Of a stretch of 64,000 bases of DNA, positions 19,711-24,744 are shown in pieces. Within the stretch, counting starts at the first letter, position 1; every line of letters begins with the position of its first letter. A model generated the notes under the pieces. That model was not told the origin of the DNA, made no database searches, and was given only the letters and a program-made list of their open reading frames with translations. A program made the position numbers and the translations under genes. The stretch comes from a virus: the IMG/VR virus record IMGVR_UViG_3300028837_001424, positions 48,592 through 112,591 of that record. The stretch is one strand, 5' to 3'.

Positions 19711-19794
19711 CCCTGCCGTGCCAAGCCCAACCTAACATCGCCAGACCTCGCATCGCCAAGCCGTACTCCGCCGCGAACCGCCTAGCCATGCCTC
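19710..19794 (-). ncRNA. Pentamer guide unit A1: 17 x (NN + GGY-type triplet)
   Basis: Minus: GA ggc AT ggc TA ggc GG ttc GC ggc GG agt AC ggc TT ggc GA tgc GA ggt CT ggc GA tgt TA ggt TG ggc TT ggc AC ggc AG ggt. Confidence 0.8.
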
Positions 19795-19807
19795 GTTTAT
19801 AATTCAT

Positions 19808-19872
19808 TCCTAGCCTCGCCACACCGCACCAAACACTGCGCCACCTAGCCGGACACCGCCCCACCTTGCCCT
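19808..19872 (-). ncRNA. Pentamer guide unit A2: 13 x (NN + GGY-type triplet)
   Basis: Minus: AG ggc AA ggt GG ggc GG tgt CC ggc TA ggt GG cgc AG tgt TT ggt GC ggt GT ggc GA ggc TA gga. Confidence 0.8.
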
Positions 19873-19906
19873 AACTGGGGAGAGTTCTCACATACTCTCC
19901 CCAATT
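19873..19906 (-). other. RNA hairpin immediately 5' of array A
   Basis: Minus AATTGGGGAGAGT-atgtgaga-ACTCTCCCCAGTT, 13-bp stem with one U-G wobble that pairs only on the minus strand. Confidence 0.75.
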
Positions 19907-19910
19907 CGAA

Positions 19911-20507
19911 TCAAAGTATCGAAACTTCGAATCGTCCATATGGCCCGCCCTTTGCAGGACGCCAATCGCCAAGACCTACAGCGTTGCCAGCCAGTTCGAG
20001 CCAGTGGATGAGTCTGTCTTTATCCACAAACTCTTCGTTGTACTGTAGCTCGCCTTCAATACTCCAATCTTCTGGAATAATTGGGCGAGTGCGCATGACG
20101 GTAGCCTGCCCGACACGAACGCCAATGCGGAAGCGGAAGCGTTCATCTTTCCACAGTTCCTTGGGATCTTTAGGACCGTCGTATTGAAGGACATAGTGGT
20201 GGTCACAAAATATACCAACACCTGCTGCCTTTCCTTCCTTCTCCATACGAGCGGCGCTACCCCTGCCAGCCAAGGCCGCCTTTAGTAATCGACCTGGAAT
20301 GACAGGCACTCCGTCATTGATGTATAGCGCACCCATAAACTCAAGGCGCGCCATTTCCTCGAAATCCTTCTCAGTCTTCTTGCGCTGAGAACTCACCTTC
20401 TTGAGCTTTTTTGCCCAAGTATTCAATGGATCTGCTAGCTGTCCATTGTGGAGGATCAGGGGGCTGATCCCCGTCAAACGAAATTTCAGAGTCTTCAGGA
20501 CGTTCAT
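19911..20507 (-). CDS. RAMP/Cas7-like protein 1 (putative guide-RNA-binding, Vipr-like), 198 aa
   Basis: RBS GGAG; N-terminal LKFRLTGISPLILH, central IPGRLLKAAL, RTRP..W, C-terminal Gly-rich loop GLGDWRPAKGGPYGRFEV; flanked by pentamer arrays. Confidence 0.75.
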   Translation of the reverse strand: MNVLKTLKFRLTGISPLILHNGQLADPLNTWAKKLKKVSSQRKKTEKDFEEMARLEFMGALYINDGVPVIPGRLLKAALAGRGSAARMEKEGKAAGVGIFCDHHYVLQYDGPKDPKELWKDERFRFRIGVRVGQATVMRTRPIIPEDWSIEGELQYNEEFVDKDRLIHWLELAGNAVGLGDWRPAKGGPYGRFEVSIL

Positions 20508-20805
20508 CGAACTTCTCCAATATCTTAACCGGCAAGCCCGCTTCCACATTGTCCTCTATTATCGTTTCGGCTCGACGTGAGTATCGAAGCCCTCTGATAT
20601 ATGAGGTGAGAAAGTCGTGGCATCGACGGCAGACGGTTATGAGATCCTCACCGATCTCTTCTCCGTATCTTTCGTATGTCTTATGATGCACCTCCAATTC
20701 TTCTACACAAGGAACTCCTGTTAATTCGGCAATGCCGAATATTTTTGAAAGTTGACATTCGTAGTTATCTCTTTCTAGGATTGCTTTTCTTACTAGGTTA
20801 TCCAT
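20371..20805 (-). CDS. HNH endonuclease overlapping the 5' end of the RAMP gene
   Basis: RBS GGAG; RKAILERDNYECQ...C...LEVHHKTY...EDLITVCRRCH. Confidence 0.8.
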   Translation of the reverse strand: MDNLVRKAILERDNYECQLSKIFGIAELTGVPCVEELEVHHKTYERYGEEIGEDLITVCRRCHDFLTSYIRGLRYSRRAETIIEDNVEAGLPVKILEKFDERPEDSEISFDGDQPPDPPQWTASRSIEYLGKKAQEGEFSAQED

Positions 20806-20826
20806 AATGGACTCCGAATAAAGTAA

Positions 20827-20921
20827 TCCTTGCCTCGCCCTGTCGTGCCGGACCTTGCCAAACCGTACCAGACCGCGCCCAAACATACACTGCCAGATCC
20901 AGCCACGCCTGGCCGCGCCTC
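20827..20921 (-). ncRNA. Pentamer guide unit B1: 19 units
   Basis: Plus: tcc TT gcc TC gcc CT gtc GT gcc GG acc TT gcc AA acc GT acc AG acc GC gcc CA aac AT aca CT gcc AG atc CA gcc AC gcc TG gcc GC gcc TC. Confidence 0.8.
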
Positions 20922-20934
20922 GAATATAATTCCT

Positions 20935-21009
20935 TCCCTGCCATGCCCCGCCGTATCCCACCGCGCCAGATCGTGCCTAGCCGGACTTCGCCACGCCAAA
21001 CCACGCCTT
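20935..21009 (-). ncRNA. Pentamer guide unit B2: 15 units
   Basis: Minus NN series: AA GT TT GT GA CC TA AC CT GC GG AC GG AT AG. Confidence 0.8.
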
Positions 21010-21023
21010 GAACATAATTGCTG

Positions 21024-21098
21024 TCCTTGCCGCGCCCCACCAAACCTCTCCATGCAGCACCAAGCCTGGTCGCGCCAAACCTTAACTTACCGTGCCTC
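21024..21098 (-). ncRNA. Pentamer guide unit B3: 15 units
   Basis: Minus NN series: GA AC AA AA TT GC CA TT GC AT GA TT GG GC AA. Confidence 0.8.
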
Positions 21099-21108
21099 GA
21101 AACCAAAA

Positions 21109-21172
21109 TCCCGCCACCCATTATTCGAGGTTGCCCTACCATGAACAAGCCAAGCTGTAATGGGAAGCGGGA
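21109..21172 (-). other. Structured leader stem-loop 5' of array B
   Basis: Minus TCCCGC-tt-CCCATTA ... TAATGGG-tg-GCGGGA with inner TTGTTC/GGGCAA helix. Confidence 0.65.
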
Positions 21173-21227
21173 GTCTGATCTCGATAAAAACAAAAGGCTT
21201 GGTAGATGTCCATGGCAGGTTAGTAGA

Positions 21228-21256
21228 AGTGTACCATAGCGGGCACAGTATGTCAA
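21228..21256 (-). promoter_or_regulatory. Sigma70-type promoter for the array B-HNH-RAMP1-array A operon
   Basis: TTGACA-17 nt-TACACT. Confidence 0.75.
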
Positions 21257-21311
21257 GACCAATGTATTAATCGTTTAAAACAACCAAATTCCATGATATA
21301 ATTATCTTTGC

Positions 21312-21643
21312 ACTTTACCAAACCAATCGCTTGGTGGCTCGAAGAATACCGTTCTACGGGTTAAAAAAGGCACACACGACAGGTGGCGGTGTGGTTCCAG
21401 GCGATGGGAAGCATAAGGGTCGTGGAGATCGGGCGAATGCGCCGCCTTACCGATCGAGCGCGACATCGTTGGTAGCTCAAAACTACATATCCAGTAGACG
21501 ACGATGTGCGGGCAAGATTCCCGCCAGTGACGTTGATGCTAGCTAGGCCAGTTAGCGGAGTCCTGTGGCCCGAATAATGCGACTGATTGCCGAGAGGTTG
21601 GGAGGATTGGCATCCTCCCCTGAGCGATTGTGTTTGGTGAAGT
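21312..21643 (+). ncRNA. Putative ~330-nt structured non-coding RNA of unknown class
   Basis: Ends pair (ACTTTACCAAACCAATCGCTT / GAGCGATTGTGTTTGGTGAAGT), several internal hairpins, extended -10 TGATATAAT at 21294-21302. Confidence 0.6.
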
Positions 21644-21868
21644 CATCAGAAAGGAAATTGGTAAATTTCATGGTAAAATAGATTTGCGAGCGCGCCTCTT
21701 CATTGGGCTATATTTCCCCTAATGATGAGAACTACTCCTGAGTAGCGCTTAGCTCAGGAGGCTAAGCTGGTAACAGCGGACGCGGTAGCCGGTGCCGCTA
21801 TACACAGAGACCGGCAATCACTTTGTAACAAAGGAGGCCAACATGACGAACCTTTAGTGAGGTGAATC

Positions 21869-22072
21869 ATGTCCAAAATTCAGAAAGGCGGTAAGAAAAA
21901 CCGCAAACATGGCCGTGCAGCGCGCAAGCCCAAAACTGCACGGTATCGTATTTCCAATCGTCGAGCAAAAAATAAAACCAAAAGAGTTCTGCGTAGCAGC
22001 GGCAAAAAGGCTGCAAAACAATACGCGCGGGAACAAAACACAACTGGCTATCTACTCAAATTGCTAAGTTGA
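21869..22072 (+). CDS. Small, very basic (K/R-rich) protein
   Basis: RBS GAGGTG; MSKIQKGGKKNRKHGRAARKPK. Confidence 0.6.
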   Translation: MSKIQKGGKKNRKHGRAARKPKTARYRISNRRAKNKTKRVLRSSGKKAAKQYAREQNTTGYLLKLLS

Positions 22073-22139
22073 ACACTGATATGTAACAACTTATTGCACG
22101 ATAACATATTTTATGTTATTGCGAATTTTAATGTTAATG

Positions 22140-22173
22140 AAAAAGCCCCTAAGCTGGAAGCCAGGGACTTTTT
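22140..22173. terminator. Bidirectional intrinsic terminator
   Basis: AAAAAGCCCCTAAGC-tggaa-GCCAGGGACTTTT between convergent units. Confidence 0.6.
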
Positions 22174-22226
22174 CGTATCGCGCCATTGTGCCACTCCGGC
22201 ACGGTTACATTATATCACAACTGGGC

Positions 22227-22664
22227 TTACTCAGCGACGATTGGCTCAGGGAGCATTTCTCCCATAATGTCGGTTTCTATTTCGGCCAATCTATAAGTAT
22301 CCGTATCAGTAAGATGCTCAAAACCGACTCGGTAATACGTCCGCACGTTTTGATTAAAGCTAACGTAGTCAATCCAGCCGCGAATAACGTAATAATCAAG
22401 AGCGTTAGGCTCATTCTTGTATTCCTTCATGTCACATTCGGACCACTCTTGAAATACTGCTCCCGTCTTATCCCATAGAATATCTTCGATGGTCTTTTGA
22501 GAGCGGCTGCATAGCTGACCCTTAATTGACGGGCCTTGATCACTGGTAGTTGCTTTACCATTTAGTAAATAATGTGCGGAAGTGGCAACGGCATATGCCA
22601 GCAGAATGAGAGTAAAAACGGCAACATATCTTAGACATCCTTTACCGGTCGTATTTTTCTTCAT
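22227..22664 (-). CDS. Hypothetical membrane-anchored protein with its own promoter (moron-like)
   Basis: N-terminal TM segment YVAVFTLILLAYAVA; RBS AAGGA. Confidence 0.6.
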   Translation of the reverse strand: MKKNTTGKGCLRYVAVFTLILLAYAVATSAHYLLNGKATTSDQGPSIKGQLCSRSQKTIEDILWDKTGAVFQEWSECDMKEYKNEPNALDYYVIRGWIDYVSFNQNVRTYYRVGFEHLTDTDTYRLAEIETDIMGEMLPEPIVAE

Positions 22665-22687
22665 GGTATTTATCCTTTACTGTGATT

Positions 22688-22732
22688 ATGCTACCCGATA
22701 CGGTACAGTATGTCAAGTTACCTTGGTACTAT
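22688..22732 (-). promoter_or_regulatory. Promoter with conserved upstream box (copy 1)
   Basis: ATAGTACCAAGGTAAC-TTGACA-17-TAGCAT. Confidence 0.65.
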
Positions 22733-22741
22733 CAATAAATA

Positions 22742-22769
22742 AAGAGGCGGGTATATATACCTGCCTCTT
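22742..22769 (-). terminator. Intrinsic terminator ending the RAMP2 operon
   Basis: Minus AAGAGGCAGGTAT/ATACCCGCCTCTT followed by TATTTATT. Confidence 0.55.
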
Positions 22770-22881
22770 GTGCTGTCTGGCAACCAGACGATCACCCACC
22801 ACTGATTGTCAACTTATAAGTTGTCAAATGATGATGGAATGACAACAAATATGTTATCAACAACTAAAGCTCAATGCGATT

Positions 22882-23076
22882 TTAGATCTCATTGATAAAT
22901 TGTCCAAGTCGTTCAACTTTTTCTTGAACAACACTAAAGTTTTTTGCGACACGAGCAACATCTCCAAAAATCAAGCCCCTATTTGCTTTATCAAGAGCTT
23001 TATTAATGTCTTGATACAAGCTCTTGGCAGTCTCGATGGGTTTGTAATTGGCACAGTTCTCACAAGTTTTGTTCAT
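22882..23076 (-). CDS. Small hypothetical protein (CxxC) downstream of array C
   Basis: RBS GGAGGT; MNKTCENCANY. Confidence 0.55.
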   Translation of the reverse strand: MNKTCENCANYKPIETAKSLYQDINKALDKANRGLIFGDVARVAKNFSVVQEKVERLGQFINEI

Positions 23077-23099
23077 CTTAGTTACCTCCGATGTAAAAA

Positions 23100-23234
23100 G
23101 CTTTGCTATGCTTTGCTCTGCTTTGCTGCGCTCTGCTGCGCTGCGCTTTGCTAAGCTTTGCTGGGCTCGGCTACGCTGCGCTTGGCTGCGCTCCGCTTGG
23201 CTAGGCTCGGCTGCGCTCTGCTGCGCTGCGCTAC
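23100..23234 (-). ncRNA. Pentamer array C: 27 x (NN + AGC)
   Basis: Plus strand GCT-NN 27 times with invariant GCT; begins 5 nt after the RAMP2 stop codon; followed by a T tract on minus. Confidence 0.75.
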
Positions 23235-23239
23235 GACCA

Positions 23240-23878
23240 CTATTCCATTGTTACAGGGTTAGTATCCTTCTCAAGAGTTTGCACAGTCCCGATTTCTTTA
23301 ACTTTCTTCCATTCAACTACTTCAAATGAACCAAAGGTTGGTCTATAGGCACATAGCCCTACGAATATACCGCCACGATTAAACCAATCCTCGGCCTTGG
23401 AAATGCTGAAATACTCATTTTCGTAAATGCTTATATTGAATTTTAATGACCAGGGCAAATCCAAAACGGGACGACTCACATTGACCCTAACTTTTGGGTT
23501 TGGCCTTGCCATTCTTGTATCTATGTAAAATGGAGACTTATTCAAATCTTCGGCGACCTCCAGTTTTACATTGCTTTCTTCGTGTTCTTTTCCATTTTGG
23601 AAAGGAATATATGCGGGTTGCACAGAGATACAACCACGGATCACTGGAGACAAAGTTTTCCACTCTTTGCTATTTACAAACATCCGTAGGCAGGAATGGC
23701 TATCTTTACTCGCCAGAAAGCCTTCGATGCTTGAGCTTGGCAAGCAGACGGTTTTGCCGTCGCGGGGGTCGAGGTAAATTTTTTGCTCGACGGGCGTTTC
23801 GTCCTGCGAGACCCATTTGTCGAACATGATCGGCGTCAGACCGTTTAAGACTACTTGTACTTTCACCATGTTTAGCAT
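23240..23878 (-). CDS. RAMP/Cas7-like protein 2 (Vipr-like), 212 aa
   Basis: VQVVLNGLTPIMFD, LPSSSIEGFL, SRPVLDLPWSLKF, GGIFVGLCAYRPTFGSFEV: same motif order as RAMP1. Confidence 0.7.
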   Translation of the reverse strand: MLNMVKVQVVLNGLTPIMFDKWVSQDETPVEQKIYLDPRDGKTVCLPSSSIEGFLASKDSHSCLRMFVNSKEWKTLSPVIRGCISVQPAYIPFQNGKEHEESNVKLEVAEDLNKSPFYIDTRMARPNPKVRVNVSRPVLDLPWSLKFNISIYENEYFSISKAEDWFNRGGIFVGLCAYRPTFGSFEVVEWKKVKEIGTVQTLEKDTNPVTME

Positions 23879-24236
23879 TGTTCTTGCTCCTTTCGCTTAT
23901 AAAGCGGCGCGACTGGTCAACCAATTCTCGGCGCGCATCACTTATTCTTTCTATTAGAGGTTGCTCTTTTCCTTCCAACCAGTTTATTACGAGCTTTAGA
24001 ATTTCATCATCAAGTTTAAATATCTCCCGATCATCAAAGCAATAAGAAGCCAGTAGGCACTTAAGTTCATCTTCGACTTTCAGGGGTTCATCAACTAGGC
24101 TGGCGTGGCATATTGTTAATTTGCTGTTGGCGGCTAAAAAAGCACGATAGCGCCTATTGAAATCGTCGGCTTTTCCTATTTTGAATAGATTATCAAATCC
24201 GAGGTCAAATAGGTAAACGTAGCCGCTAGACATCAT
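23706..24236 (-). CDS. GIY-YIG family (T5orf172/Mug113-like) nuclease overlapping the 5' end of RAMP2
   Basis: GYVYL....LFKIGK..D..RR...VEDEL...REIF; RBS AAGGAG. Confidence 0.75.
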   Translation of the reverse strand: MMSSGYVYLFDLGFDNLFKIGKADDFNRRYRAFLAANSKLTICHASLVDEPLKVEDELKCLLASYCFDDREIFKLDDEILKLVINWLEGKEQPLIERISDARRELVDQSRRFISERSKNNAKHGESTSSLKRSDADHVRQMGLAGRNARRAKNLPRPPRRQNRLLAKLKHRRLSGE

Positions 24237-24256
24237 TCTCCTTCATTTGTAACTTA

Positions 24257-24285
24257 ATCATATCACATACTTGATTATGAGGCAA
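24257..24285 (-). promoter_or_regulatory. Candidate promoter for GIY-YIG-RAMP2-array C operon
   Basis: TTGCCT-17-TATGAT. Confidence 0.5.
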
Positions 24286-24392
24286 ATTTAAATAGACGGT
24301 GCAAATGCTCTACTAACCCATTACAAAAATGGCTAATATAAAGTCGAATTTGAAGTTTTTTCGTCGCGGCAATTTGTGGAGGGATGTGAGAA

Positions 24393-24707
24393 ATGACCGA
24401 GGAACAAGCAACGCAAGGTCCGAAGCTCGATCCGCGCTACAACCCAGCAGTTGAAAATAGCAAGATCAGGATAGAGTTTTCGGGGAATACCGCGCGCATC
24501 GCCGACGTTGGCTTTTACCAAGTTGATTCGTTTCAACTAATTGCGATTGGCGAGTATTTGAAGCAGCGCGGCCTTCAAATGATTGCAATGACTGAGGCTA
24601 AAGTTGCTCAGGACATGATGCGACGTGCCCAAGCCGAAAAAATAGCAGTCGCCGGACGTATTCCTGAGCCTGACGAGCTACCTGCTAACATGAGGCCACC
24701 TGGCTAG
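24393..24707 (+). CDS. Hypothetical protein
   Basis: RBS GGAGG. Confidence 0.55.
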   Translation: MTEEQATQGPKLDPRYNPAVENSKIRIEFSGNTARIADVGFYQVDSFQLIAIGEYLKQRGLQMIAMTEAKVAQDMMRRAQAEKIAVAGRIPEPDELPANMRPPG

Positions 24708-24744
24708 AGATTTTAGCCTCATAAATTGAATAAAGGATTCGACA

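Noticed and set aside
19631-21262. Arg/Gly/Trp-rich ORFs across the pentamer arrays (19631-19864, 20793-21053, 20798-21262, 20830-21144, 21018-21239) and the 5' extension of the HNH ORF to 20961
   Set aside because: By-products of stop-poor 5-nt repeats; no RBS; the HNH start with an RBS is at 20805
21312-21830. tRNA, tmRNA, RNase P or SRP RNA
   Set aside because: No cloverleaf, T-loop/CCA or other hallmark motifs recognised; no tRNA identified by eye anywhere in the window
23150-23194. Array C segment read as G-A-H-A-V-R-P-K-F, resembling the RAMP2 motif GLCAYRPTF
   Set aside because: Only 4 of 9 dinucleotides are identical and the implied peptide is atypical; not distinguishable from chance
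19710-23234. Canonical CRISPR array or simple microsatellite
   Set aside because: No 25-45 nt repeats with spacers; the dinucleotides are non-repetitive and in three units decode to conserved motifs
22900-23329. Ala/Leu/Cys-rich plus-strand ORFs over array C
   Set aside because: Translations of GCTNN repeats, antisense to real genes
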